From an uncultured Ignavibacteriales bacterium (GTDB lineage: Bacteria; Zixibacteria; MSB-5A5; GN15; FEB-12): 64,000 nucleotides of DNA. The notes under the pieces were generated by a model. That model was given only the letters and a program-made list of their open reading frames with translations, had not been told where the DNA came from and did no database searches. Location: contig CAZILL010000003.1 in assembly GCA_964540105.1 (NCBI GenBank), forward strand, positions 74,035-138,034. Reading direction: 5' to 3'. Within the stretch, counting starts at the first letter, position 1; each line of letters opens with the position of its first letter. Shown piece after piece: positions 35,673 to 44,979 of this stretch. Made by a program: the position numbers and the translations under genes.

Positions 35673-36317
35673 GTGCCGTTAGTCATCGGTGTGGATGAAT
35701 CGGGGAAGGGGGACTTTTTTGGACCGCTCGTTGTTGCGGCGTTTCTTGGGTCCGATGACGATACTCCAGAGCTTCGTGCCCTGGGTGTTCGGGATTCAAA
35801 ACTCATTACCGATAGCAAACTCCTCAGGATTGATGAAGAGTTGCGTGGGAGATTCCCCCACGCAGCGATTGTTTGCTCCCCTGAAAATTACAATGCTCGC
35901 TACAAAACCGTTCGCAATCTAAACAAGCTGCTTGCTCAGGGGCATGCCGAAGCGATCAACACCGTCTTTCGTTCGAACAGTGCCGACATGGCTATTTCCG
36001 ACAAGTTCGGAAAGCCGGAATTGGTCGAAGAAGCATTGCGGGCGATCGGCTGCCCAGTCAGGATTGAACAGGTTGTGCGGGGAGAGGCTATTGTGCAAGT
36101 GGCGGCGGCGTCGATCCTGGCCAGAGCGGAGTTTGTTCGGCAGATGTCGAGAATGTCGGGCGAATACGGAGTCGAGTTCCCAAAGGGGGCGGGTTCGATA
36201 GTAGACAAAGCGGGACGTGCATTTGTGTCTCGTTTTGGCGCTCACGAGCTTGTGAAGGTATCAAAACTGCATTTCAAGAACTGCACTCGAATAGTCACAA
36301 GTCAACTTTTCTCGTAA
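35673..36317 (+). CDS. RNase HII-superfamily ribonuclease with an RNase HIII-like active-site motif, lacking the HIII N-terminal domain
   Basis: The motif IGVDESGKGDFFGPLVVAAF matches the HIII-type DESGKGD motif rather than the HII-type DEAGRGP. Only 214 aa. GTG start. Confidence 0.7.
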   Translation: MPLVIGVDESGKGDFFGPLVVAAFLGSDDDTPELRALGVRDSKLITDSKLLRIDEELRGRFPHAAIVCSPENYNARYKTVRNLNKLLAQGHAEAINTVFRSNSADMAISDKFGKPELVEEALRAIGCPVRIEQVVRGEAIVQVAAASILARAEFVRQMSRMSGEYGVEFPKGAGSIVDKAGRAFVSRFGAHELVKVSKLHFKNCTRIVTSQLFS

Positions 36318-36524
36318 CCAAACGGAAGACATAGGCTTGCGCAATAAGCGGGACCGTTCCCGATAGTTTGCTCGTTCTACAGCGTGGTTCGGATAGAGTC
36401 GCGCACTGCTTCGTGAGTCATTTGGGGGCCGAGGTTGCTCAGTTCGTATAGAGCAGCTTAAAGCGTTCTCGACGATTGCCGATAATTATCGTTAGGATAG
36501 TAACTTAGCGCGCTCGGAGACGGC

Positions 36525-38573
36525 ATGGCTCACCTCTACCCCGATCTTGTTCTGTCAGTACTCATGGTTGGCATACTCTACATACTCTCGAAACGCGTCA
36601 AGCAAGTTCGTTCGGAACATGAGGATAGTTACGTCTATATCAGTGCCGGGATGATCGTGCTCGCTGTTGTGAGTGTCCTGAACCTGTTTGAAAAGAATCA
36701 GCTCTTCTCGCGGGTCAGCTTCCTGTCTGATTCGACCTTCTATCAACTCGTGTGCTGGATCGGCATTGTTGTGGGTGGGACTCTCGTTCTGCGCGGGCTT
36801 TCCACATGGATACCTTCGGTGAAGGCGGAGCGCGAAAATGACAAAGCCGAGATACGACGCCTTCAGCTTCTTCGTCACGTCGATCAGCTCATTCTTGTAG
36901 AGAGCCGCCTTGAGTGTATCCTTCAGGGGACGCTTGACATGATCGTAGAGCGGTTCGGAATGGCGGGCGGAGCAGTGCTTCGGTATTCCAGTCGTCAGAA
37001 CCGTCACTATGTCAATGCGGGAACGGTCAGCATCCCTTACTACGCCACGGCGATGGCGCATGTCACCATTGACGAAGAAGGGTGGGAACGTCACCAGGAA
37101 GGGCTATCGGCAGAGCAGTCCGGCATCTTCGATCAGATTCCGGAACAGCCGGGTCCTCCTTCTCTTGTGATACCGGTTGCAGTGGGTGGGAAGCCGATTG
37201 CGTTTATTCTGGGCTGGAGCAACGACGACACCCTCAGTCGAGAAGACAGACGCTGTTTCAAACTGGTTGCCGACGTCATTGGCAGCAAAGTGGAGCTCGA
37301 CGTTGCCCAAATCAGGGCGAAATTTCATGAGGATCGTGAGCGCTGGCGGAGGCATCTGGTCGAGGCTACATCAGGCAAACGCTCTCTTCGTGAGGCGTTT
37401 CCGACGCTTGTCAGGCAGGTGCGGGAGAAGATGTCGGTCGATCAGTGTTCCCTGATTCTACAGGATAGGGGAACGCGTGCCATCACGATACTTACTATTG
37501 GCCACAGTGGGACGCTGGTTGTGGAAAAGGGACAGGACCTTGCGCAGATAGATCCGATTTACCGTCAGGCTCTGGAAGCCAAGGTTGCGACCCATGTGGA
37601 TTGGTCTAAAGCGAGCGTATGGGAACGATCGAGAGCAGTTCGTTTTTCGACTCTTCAATCGCTGATGATTCTGCCGGTATTGCAGGAAGGAAGATCAGTT
37701 GCGCTGTTGGTTGGTACTCTCGGGTCACACGCGTACAACTCACGCGAACGAGAATACGGCGAGGCTGCCGCTGACGTACTGACGGGCTTCATTCGCCAGG
37801 ATCTGCTTCGTCTCAGGGCTGCAAATCGCGACCGCCAGTTTGCCAGTGTTTCGGTTTTTTCAGCACGATTGTCCGGCATGACTGATCCTGCTTCCATTCA
37901 TAGAGTGACGGCACAGCTGCTGGCCTCAGTGCTCAAAGCCGATATCGTACGCGTTGCGGGTATTCACGCCCATGACTCTTCCAGGACGAGTCCGGCTGTC
38001 GTGTGCAAGAGTTGCTTTAGCAGCGCTGTTCCTGAAATCCTCGCCGCGGTGGAAGACCGAGAGCGAAAGGCGGTTCGCGCAGGGGTCTCTGAGAAAGCCG
38101 GCCCCCGTGAGCTTTTGGAGGAATTGATTCCTGAGAGTGCAAGCGACCTGATCAGACACAGAATCTCCGCAAGCGTACATATGCCAATTGTCTGCTGTGA
38201 CCGCGTCGTGGCGATCATTACGGTGGTCGATCTGCAGGGTGTGCGGAATCGAGATGCACGAGCTCTCGACACACCATTTACGGCCGCCGTAGCGCAAGTA
38301 CTCCGAATGAAACACGAAGAATTGGCGCTCATGGACCGTGTCGCTGAAGGAAACAACCTGCTCGTGGTCGCTGGCGGGGCAGATCGACAAGAGGGAGAAC
38401 TTCGTAGCCGACTGAGGTCGTCGTCGGGGATATTGGGCCCAGTCGAACCATTGAGAGCGCATGGCCATGAAGTAAGCGGCAACAGTGACCGCTACCTCTC
38501 GATCATTGATAAGTCGGCACATCGAATTGCAGGGTATTTACAGGACGCGGAATCGACAGAAGTCGGAAGATGA
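36525..38573 (+). CDS. Membrane-anchored multi-GAF-like sensor protein ending in a degenerate DHp-like segment (no ATPase domain)
   Basis: Three N-terminal TM helices and long alpha/beta regions resembling GAF repeats. The C-terminal SRLRSSSGILGPVEPL...YLSIIDKSAHRIAGYLQD resembles an H-box/DHp region without the phospho-accepting His. Confidence 0.5.
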   Translation: MAHLYPDLVLSVLMVGILYILSKRVKQVRSEHEDSYVYISAGMIVLAVVSVLNLFEKNQLFSRVSFLSDSTFYQLVCWIGIVVGGTLVLRGLSTWIPSVKAERENDKAEIRRLQLLRHVDQLILVESRLECILQGTLDMIVERFGMAGGAVLRYSSRQNRHYVNAGTVSIPYYATAMAHVTIDEEGWERHQEGLSAEQSGIFDQIPEQPGPPSLVIPVAVGGKPIAFILGWSNDDTLSREDRRCFKLVADVIGSKVELDVAQIRAKFHEDRERWRRHLVEATSGKRSLREAFPTLVRQVREKMSVDQCSLILQDRGTRAITILTIGHSGTLVVEKGQDLAQIDPIYRQALEAKVATHVDWSKASVWERSRAVRFSTLQSLMILPVLQEGRSVALLVGTLGSHAYNSREREYGEAAADVLTGFIRQDLLRLRAANRDRQFASVSVFSARLSGMTDPASIHRVTAQLLASVLKADIVRVAGIHAHDSSRTSPAVVCKSCFSSAVPEILAAVEDRERKAVRAGVSEKAGPRELLEELIPESASDLIRHRISASVHMPIVCCDRVVAIITVVDLQGVRNRDARALDTPFTAAVAQVLRMKHEELALMDRVAEGNNLLVVAGGADRQEGELRSRLRSSSGILGPVEPLRAHGHEVSGNSDRYLSIIDKSAHRIAGYLQDAESTEVGR

Positions 38574-38627
38574 TTGTGTGGATATTGTCCAGAGAGTGAG
38601 TGACCACCTGATTAACATGAGAGACAA

Positions 38628-40775
38628 ATGCTGACGTCGTCAGAGCAAATTCAGCGGTACAACCAATCGCGGCACAGCACGAAACTTGGGCGAACCATCG
38701 AGCAAGTCGATGTTTTGTCGAGGTTGTTGTTGAAGGTGTTTGCCTCTGATTTCCTAGCGGTATTCTACGCACAGGGTAAAGGGACCGCGATGATTCCGGT
38801 GGCCTTTCACCAATGGGGGGATCGCGGCCTCAGCCGCCTGGATCTGCTGGAGCGAGCGTTCGATGGCGCAGCCGGCCAGGAACAGCGGGTTCGGCGAGGC
38901 TTCACCCACTTTGAGCAGACACGCAAATCGGACGATGCCGGAGTCGATGCATTCGCAGTGTCGAACGGTTTCAGGAGTCGGTATCTGTACCCGATCTATG
39001 TCAACGACGAACTGCGGGGCATTATTGCCGCGTACTGGATAGAACAGCGGGAACACGAAAGTTCCAGCATCGCGCACATTCTCAATCCGATCGCGGAACT
39101 TCTGATCGGATGGATGACGCTCGTCGAGGAGATTCAAGTCTCTGACGGCTTCGCCCTGAGGCTCTCTTCCTTGATCTCACTTTTTGACTTGCCACTTGAC
39201 GAATACCGGGTAGTAGACCTGGTATCTCGCATGCTCAAAACCATGCGCGTCGTGTTGCGCGGGTATGGTATCGGGCTGGTCTCGCGCGATCCCTTCACCG
39301 GTCACTATCAGCTGGTCGAAGGTCAGGACACGGAGTCAATGACCTCGCAGGTCACCGACAAACTTGCGTCCGCCAGTGGGGCAATCCTCGCCGAGCGACG
39401 GAAGCAAATTGCCCAGCCACGAAGCTGGTTTGATTTGTCGCCTCAGTTTGAGGAAGAGCAACTGACCGTGATTCTCTCCGAGCTGTACTCGGATGATCGC
39501 TATCACTTTGCCGCTGTCTTCACGAAAGAGGGAGCGCACGAGTGTACCGAGGCGGAGCTCGAACTCATCGGCGTATTCAGGATGTTCTCGGAGACGATTC
39601 TCGCCAATGCTCGACTGGTGAGGGACCTCAAGAAGGCCAACGAGAAGATCAAGGAATCATCGAGTCGATTAGCCGACTCGGAGACCATGGCGGCGCTCGC
39701 CGACATGAGTTCAGGCATTGCCCATGATCTCAACAACACGGTGGGGAGTGTCGTCGGCCGTCTTCAACTAATGAAAATGAAATGTACCGACGAGAAACTG
39801 CTTTCGTCGCTGACGAAAGTCGAATCCGCTGCCCTTGAGGCTTCCGAGACAGTCAAGCGCCTCCAGCAATTTAGTTCCAGTGTCAAGGCAAAGGGATTGG
39901 CGAAGATCGACCTGGTAGCTCTGCTGCGCGCATATGCGGAGAAACAAGACAATGCATGGCAGGAATTAGCCGACCGGAAGCGAGTCGAGGTTGTCACCGC
40001 GATCGATGCTTTGGACGCCGTCATCAGTGCGACCGCTGAAGATGTCCTGGTCATCCTGGACAAACTCATTACGAATGCGATAGAGTTTGCCCCGGAGGGA
40101 AGCGCGGTGCAGGTGACTCTCTCTCAATCCGAGAAAGAAATTGTGATCTCAGTGGCCGACCGTGGGCCGGGTATTCCGCAGGAGATGCGCGCCAGGATAT
40201 TCTACCCGTTTTTCACGACGAAGAGCAGTCGAGGGGCAGGGCTGGGCTTGGCAATCGTCTATGGAATAGTGTCGAGACTTGGCGGCAAGATCAGCGTTCT
40301 CTCGGAACCGGGCTCGGGAAGTCTGTTTCGCCTGACTTTTGGTCGAACCGAGGCCCCGAGCGACATCTCGGAAATCACACGAAAGACGCTCAAGGTCAGT
40401 AACCTGCGAGTACTGGTTGTGGATGATGACGACCAGATTCGGGACATTCTGAGCGACATGCTGACCCTCGACGGCCATGCGGCTACGACGTGTCATGACG
40501 GATACGCAGCGCTGCAGAGTCTTGACACTGGGGCTTACGATCTCATGATCACTGATTTGGGCATGCCCGGAATGTCCGGTCTCGACCTCGCCGGCGCAGC
40601 GCACGAAAAGCACCCAGGAATGCCGATAGCCATGATCACTGGCTGGGGAACTCAGCTCAATGAAGAGGAAATCGCTCTTCGCGGCATTCGAGCGGTCATC
40701 CCCAAGCCATTCCATTTGAAAGACGTGAAAGCGCTCGTTCATAAGCTTGCCGCCCCTCGTGAAGCACTCGATTGA
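38628..40775 (+). CDS. Hybrid histidine kinase (GAF-like N-terminal region, HisKA, HATPase, receiver)
   Basis: H-box SSGIAHDLNNTVGSV, and ATPase motifs DRGPGIP and GAGLGLAIVYGIV. Receiver domain LRVLVVDDDDQIRD...DLMITDLGMPGMSG...PKPF. Confidence 0.85.
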   Translation: MLTSSEQIQRYNQSRHSTKLGRTIEQVDVLSRLLLKVFASDFLAVFYAQGKGTAMIPVAFHQWGDRGLSRLDLLERAFDGAAGQEQRVRRGFTHFEQTRKSDDAGVDAFAVSNGFRSRYLYPIYVNDELRGIIAAYWIEQREHESSSIAHILNPIAELLIGWMTLVEEIQVSDGFALRLSSLISLFDLPLDEYRVVDLVSRMLKTMRVVLRGYGIGLVSRDPFTGHYQLVEGQDTESMTSQVTDKLASASGAILAERRKQIAQPRSWFDLSPQFEEEQLTVILSELYSDDRYHFAAVFTKEGAHECTEAELELIGVFRMFSETILANARLVRDLKKANEKIKESSSRLADSETMAALADMSSGIAHDLNNTVGSVVGRLQLMKMKCTDEKLLSSLTKVESAALEASETVKRLQQFSSSVKAKGLAKIDLVALLRAYAEKQDNAWQELADRKRVEVVTAIDALDAVISATAEDVLVILDKLITNAIEFAPEGSAVQVTLSQSEKEIVISVADRGPGIPQEMRARIFYPFFTTKSSRGAGLGLAIVYGIVSRLGGKISVLSEPGSGSLFRLTFGRTEAPSDISEITRKTLKVSNLRVLVVDDDDQIRDILSDMLTLDGHAATTCHDGYAALQSLDTGAYDLMITDLGMPGMSGLDLAGAAHEKHPGMPIAMITGWGTQLNEEEIALRGIRAVIPKPFHLKDVKALVHKLAAPREALD

Positions 40776-40830
40776 CGGCGAAAAATCGATTGCCTTCGGG
40801 CAACCTCCTGCTATATTCCCTTCAAATTGA

Positions 40831-40942
40831 ATCTTCGGGGCGAGGTGTAATTCCTCGATCGGCGGTATAGCCCGCGACCCGGTTTCACGGTTGAGCCTGT
40901 GCAATTCAGGCGCCGACGGTTACAGTCCGGATGGTAGAAGAT
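40831..40942 (+). promoter_or_regulatory. FMN riboswitch (RFN element) aptamer
   Basis: P1 is atcttc...gaagat. Conserved cores are cttcggggcgaggtgtaattcctcgatcggcggtatagcccgcga and gccgacggttacagtccggatggtagaag. Located directly upstream of ribD. Confidence 0.92.
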
Positions 40943-40989
40943 GCTGGCGCGGCTACGTGCAGCGCTGCAGCATAGCCATGGCATACTTG

Positions 40990-41016
40990 TCCCGAGGGAT
41001 TCCTTGGGGTTTTTTT
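40990..41016 (+). terminator. Riboswitch expression-platform terminator
   Basis: Hairpin cccgaggg-att-ccttgggg with one mismatch, followed by T7. The T-run abuts the ribD ATG at 41017. Confidence 0.55.
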
Positions 41017-42120
41017 ATGGCTGCTGACACTGATACGCTGTACATGGAACGAGCTCTTGCATTGGCGCAAAGGGGGGCCGGGTTTACGTCCCCAAATCCT
41101 TTGGTCGGGGCCGTAGTTGTTCGCAACGGGACAATTGTGGGGGAAGGGTATCATGCGCGAGCAGGAGGGGACCACGCGGAAATAGTCGCCCTGCGTAAAG
41201 CTGGGTCACGGGCGCGAGGTGCGACTATGTATGTATCGCTTGAACCCTGTTGTCATGTTGGTAGAACTGGACCCTGTACAGCGGCGGTAGTTGCGTCACG
41301 AATCTCGAGGGTCGTTTTCGCAGTTAAGGACCCCGATCCCCGAGTCAGCGGACAAGGTGCGCGAGTCCTGAGGAAAGCTGGTGTGACTGTCGAGCGAAAG
41401 GGACCGGCAGAGAAATCCATCGAGTTGAACGAAGGGTATTTCAGTTTTCACGTACGCCACAGACCATTTGTTACGTTGAAAACAGCGCAGTCAGTGGACG
41501 GGCGAATCGCCACTCTCTACGGTGATTCCAAATGGATTTCGGGACCCGAATCACTGAGTCTGGCTCACAAACTGAGAGCTATGGCGGACGCGGTGATTGT
41601 CGGAATGGGGACGGTCAGAAAGGATAATCCGGCGCTGACGGTGCGGCTTGTCAAGGGAAGAAACCCGTATCGAATCGTTGTCAGCAGAAGTCTCACCTTC
41701 CCCAGAGGGTGCCAGTTGCTGCGAAACAACGACGATGGAAAGACTATCGTCGCCTCGTCGAAGGAGGCTATTCAGAAGTTCCTAAGAACGAGCGCTGCAC
41801 GCAATGTCACTTGCTGGGAGATCGATCTTGACCGCGACGGCCTCCTTGATCTTCATGACCTGACCGAGAAGGCGGGTAGGTTCGGTTTACGGTCCTTGCT
41901 CGTCGAGGGCGGAGCTCACCTTGCGACCGCCATGCTGAGGGAACAACTGGTCGACAAGTATCTAGTCGTCATCGCTCCTATAGTCGTTGGAACAGGGGTC
42001 AACTCCGTTCAGAGTCTTGGAGTTCGACGATTGACCGACGCAACCGCGTTCAGCCGTCATTGGTTCGAATCATGCGGACGAGATCAGCTATTTGTGGGTT
42101 ACCCCGTGAAAGGAGTTTAG
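41017..42120 (+). CDS. ribD: Bifunctional diaminohydroxyphosphoribosylaminopyrimidine deaminase / 5-amino-6-(5-phosphoribosylamino)uracil reductase
   Basis: Deaminase zinc motifs HAEIVAL and PCCHVGRTGPC, plus a C-terminal reductase domain. The track ORF start at 40891 runs through the riboswitch, so ATG 41017 (or 41044) is used. Confidence 0.9.
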   Translation: MAADTDTLYMERALALAQRGAGFTSPNPLVGAVVVRNGTIVGEGYHARAGGDHAEIVALRKAGSRARGATMYVSLEPCCHVGRTGPCTAAVVASRISRVVFAVKDPDPRVSGQGARVLRKAGVTVERKGPAEKSIELNEGYFSFHVRHRPFVTLKTAQSVDGRIATLYGDSKWISGPESLSLAHKLRAMADAVIVGMGTVRKDNPALTVRLVKGRNPYRIVVSRSLTFPRGCQLLRNNDDGKTIVASSKEAIQKFLRTSAARNVTCWEIDLDRDGLLDLHDLTEKAGRFGLRSLLVEGGAHLATAMLREQLVDKYLVVIAPIVVGTGVNSVQSLGVRRLTDATAFSRHWFESCGRDQLFVGYPVKGV

Positions 42121-42121
42121 T

Positions 42122-42754
42122 CTGTTCACAGGTTTGGTTGAAACGATTGGTGTGGTGACGAGCGTTCGGCGCAGCGGCAGCGATCGAGAGCTGATTGTCG
42201 AGGCCATGGTCGAGAACGACCCCGTGCATGTCGGAGATTCGATATGCTGCGATGGAGCCTGCCTGACCATCGTTTCGATAAGTGCCAACAGATTTAGTCT
42301 CCAGGTTTCTGCTGAGACTGTGGCTCGGACGATTGTGTCAAGCTATGTTGTGGGATCGCGAATCAATCTCGAGCGGGCGCTTCGAATGGGGGACCGGCTG
42401 GATGGGCATCTTGTAAGCGGACATGTAGACGGTGTTGGCAAGGTCGACGAAGTTCGACCGATAGGCGATTCAATCCTGTTGGCCGTTGCGCATGATTCCG
42501 CTTTCGACCAGTTCGTGATCGAAAAGGGATCGATTGCGGTCAATGGTGTCTCGCTCACCGTGAACAGGACGGACTCCGGCAGATTAACGGCGAATCTGAT
42601 CCCGCATACGGTTTCACGCACCACCCTCGGGAGTCTGTCCCGAGGAAATCAGGTCAATCTCGAATTCGATATGATTGGCAAGTTTGTCGCAAAGCAGACG
42701 GGCGGGAGGAGAAGTTCTCTTTCTGTTCAGCGACTCATTGAGAGTGGATGGTAG
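42122..42754 (+). CDS. ribE: Riboflavin synthase (alpha chain)
   Basis: The canonical N-terminus [12 protein letters not shown] begins at CTG 42122, with AAAGGAG 6 nt upstream. An in-frame TGA at 42107 excludes earlier starts. Two lumazine-binding repeats are present. Confidence 0.85.
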   Translation: MFTGLVETIGVVTSVRRSGSDRELIVEAMVENDPVHVGDSICCDGACLTIVSISANRFSLQVSAETVARTIVSSYVVGSRINLERALRMGDRLDGHLVSGHVDGVGKVDEVRPIGDSILLAVAHDSAFDQFVIEKGSIAVNGVSLTVNRTDSGRLTANLIPHTVSRTTLGSLSRGNQVNLEFDMIGKFVAKQTGGRRSSLSVQRLIESGW

Positions 42755-42755
42755 A

Positions 42756-43976
42756 ATGAGTTCAGACATAGTGTTCAACACGATACCAGAGGCGGTCGAG
42801 GAGATTCGCGCGGGGAAATATGTGGTCGTCGTCGACGATGAAGACCGCGAGAATGAAGGGGATCTCATCATGGCGGCCGAGAAGATTACACCGGAGGCTG
42901 TTAATTTTCTCGCGATGCATGGTCGGGGACTGATCTGCGTGCCCCTCACTGAGAGTCGAATGGATGCGCTTGGGCTTCACCCCATGGTAGGAAACAATAC
43001 GGCCAAAATGGGTACGCGCTTCACGGTCTCGGTGGATGCGCTTCACAATACGACGACCGGTATCTCCGCACATGATCGATCGGTGACCATTGCCGCATTG
43101 GCCGACGAGAGGACCAAGCCGGAAGACCTTGGCCGACCGGGTCATGTGTTTCCAATCCGAGCTTTGGATGGAGGAGTGCTGGCGAGAGCGGGGCATACCG
43201 AGGCCTCGGTTGATCTGGCGCGACTGGCTGGGCTTCGCCCGATCGGCGTTCTTTGCGAAATCATGGATGACGATGGCACAATGGCCAGGGTCCCGCGCCT
43301 ATACCAGTTCGCCCGCAAATTCGACCTCAAGTTGATCACCGTCCGCGATCTGATCGCCTATCGTAATCGAACTGAGAGGCTTATCAGCCGCGTTACCTCT
43401 GTCCAATTCCCGACTGAATTCGGTGAATTCATGTTGCATCTCTACCAATCGCAGATTGATGATCATCACCACCTGGCGTTGACCAAAGGGGAGATAGCGG
43501 GCAGGAAGAATGTTCTGGTGCGCGTACACTCAAGCTGCTTGACTGGGGACGTCTTCGGTTCGTGTCGGTGCGATTGCGGTCCACAGATTCACGCGGCGCT
43601 GCGGATGATTGACAAGGAAGGGACTGGGGTCGTGCTATATATGCGGCAGGAGGGACGCGGTATCGGACTGGCGAACAAGATCTTGGCGTACAAGCTGCAG
43701 GACAACGGACGAGACACGGTGGAAGCCAACCTTGAGTTGGGGTTTCAGGCCGATCTTAGAGATTACGGAATAGGAGCACAGATTCTCGCCGATCTGGGGT
43801 TGACTTCGATTCGGTTACTGACCAACAATCCGAAGAAAGTGATTGGTCTGACCGGCTATGGTCTGGAGATAACCGAGCGTCTGCCACTTCAGATCGAGCC
43901 GTCGCGGTTCAACTACCGTTACCTGGAGACAAAGCGAGACAAGTTGGGTCATTTGTTGGATTTTGAAAGGGATTGA
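42756..43976 (+). CDS. ribBA: Bifunctional 3,4-dihydroxy-2-butanone-4-phosphate synthase / GTP cyclohydrolase II
   Basis: DHBP synthase motif [19 protein letters not shown] cyclohydrolase II motifs [18 protein letters not shown] and [12 protein letters not shown]. Start at ATG 42756. Confidence 0.93.
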   Translation: MSSDIVFNTIPEAVEEIRAGKYVVVVDDEDRENEGDLIMAAEKITPEAVNFLAMHGRGLICVPLTESRMDALGLHPMVGNNTAKMGTRFTVSVDALHNTTTGISAHDRSVTIAALADERTKPEDLGRPGHVFPIRALDGGVLARAGHTEASVDLARLAGLRPIGVLCEIMDDDGTMARVPRLYQFARKFDLKLITVRDLIAYRNRTERLISRVTSVQFPTEFGEFMLHLYQSQIDDHHHLALTKGEIAGRKNVLVRVHSSCLTGDVFGSCRCDCGPQIHAALRMIDKEGTGVVLYMRQEGRGIGLANKILAYKLQDNGRDTVEANLELGFQADLRDYGIGAQILADLGLTSIRLLTNNPKKVIGLTGYGLEITERLPLQIEPSRFNYRYLETKRDKLGHLLDFERD

Positions 43977-43984
43977 GGAAAGCC

Positions 43985-44458
43985 ATGAACACTATCGAAT
44001 TTGAAGGAAGACTGGACGCCAAGGGGGTGACGTTTGGCCTGGTCGTGAGCCGCTTCAATAGTTTCTTTACAGACCGATTGCTCGAAGGGGCGCTCGATTG
44101 TCTGGTGCGCCACGGAGCCGATGAGAAGAAGATCACGGTCGCATATGTGCCGGGGTCGTTTGAGATTCCTTTTGCGGCCGCGAGGATGGTCAAGGCTGGC
44201 AAATACAACGCCGTCGTTTGTCTGGGAGCGGTCATTCGAGGCGACACGCCGCACTTTGATTATATTGCGGCTGAAGTCTCCAAAGGGATTGCCCATTTGG
44301 GCATGGAGTCGGACATCCCTGTGATCTACGGGATCGTCACGGCCGACACGCTTGAACAGGCGATCGAACGGTCCGGCACGAAAGCAGGCAACAAAGGATG
44401 GGATGCTGCCGAGAGCGCCATCGAGATGGTCAATCTCTATCGCGCGATGGGAGTGTAG
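43985..44458 (+). CDS. ribH: 6,7-dimethyl-8-ribityllumazine synthase
   Basis: Motifs [17 protein letters not shown] and [17 protein letters not shown]-like. Start at ATG 43985 after GAGGAA. Confidence 0.92.
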   Translation: MNTIEFEGRLDAKGVTFGLVVSRFNSFFTDRLLEGALDCLVRHGADEKKITVAYVPGSFEIPFAAARMVKAGKYNAVVCLGAVIRGDTPHFDYIAAEVSKGIAHLGMESDIPVIYGIVTADTLEQAIERSGTKAGNKGWDAAESAIEMVNLYRAMGV

Positions 44459-44887
44459 ATGAGTGAGTCTCCCCGCCGACGAACTCGCGAACTGGTCCTG
44501 AAGGGACTCTACGCTCACGAGATTGAGGAACTCGATCCTGAACGAATCGTGGAAGAGGTCATCAGCGACGACACGCTGAGTCAAAAGAACCTCGATTTTG
44601 CCCGGGGATTATTTGGCTTGGTACGGAAACACCGAGCCTGGGCAGATGAACAGATTACGTCGCTGGCCAAGAACTGGGACATCAAGCGCATTGCGGATGT
44701 CGATCGAATCATCCTGGAGATAGCGCTGGTCGAGCTCAGGGAGATCAGTGATTCCCCTGTGAAAGTTGTGCTCAACGAGGCTATCGAGCTGGCGAAGAAG
44801 TACTCTACCGGCGACTCATCATCATTCATAAACGGGATTCTCGACGCCTACATAAGGAAAGCAGAGCCGACCGGCCCTCACTCCTGA
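44459..44887 (+). CDS. nusB: Transcription antitermination factor NusB
   Basis: RRRTRELVLKGLYAHEI N-terminus and the ILEIALVEL...VVLNEAIELAKKY pattern. Conserved position after ribH. Confidence 0.88.
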   Translation: MSESPRRRTRELVLKGLYAHEIEELDPERIVEEVISDDTLSQKNLDFARGLFGLVRKHRAWADEQITSLAKNWDIKRIADVDRIILEIALVELREISDSPVKVVLNEAIELAKKYSTGDSSSFINGILDAYIRKAEPTGPHS

Positions 44888-44979
44888 AATCGATTCCCCG
44901 GTTCAACGTATTAGCAGCTGGACACTGCTCTCTGAACGAATATATTATCGGGTCCTGGTAATGTAGTATAGGTGAGCCT

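Noticed and set aside
36405-36470. ggggccgaggttgctcagttcgtatagagcagc looks like a tRNA acceptor plus D-arm
   Set aside because: No anticodon stem, T-arm (GTTCRANYC) or complementary 3' acceptor strand follows. This is most likely a chance similarity or a short hairpin in the intergenic region.
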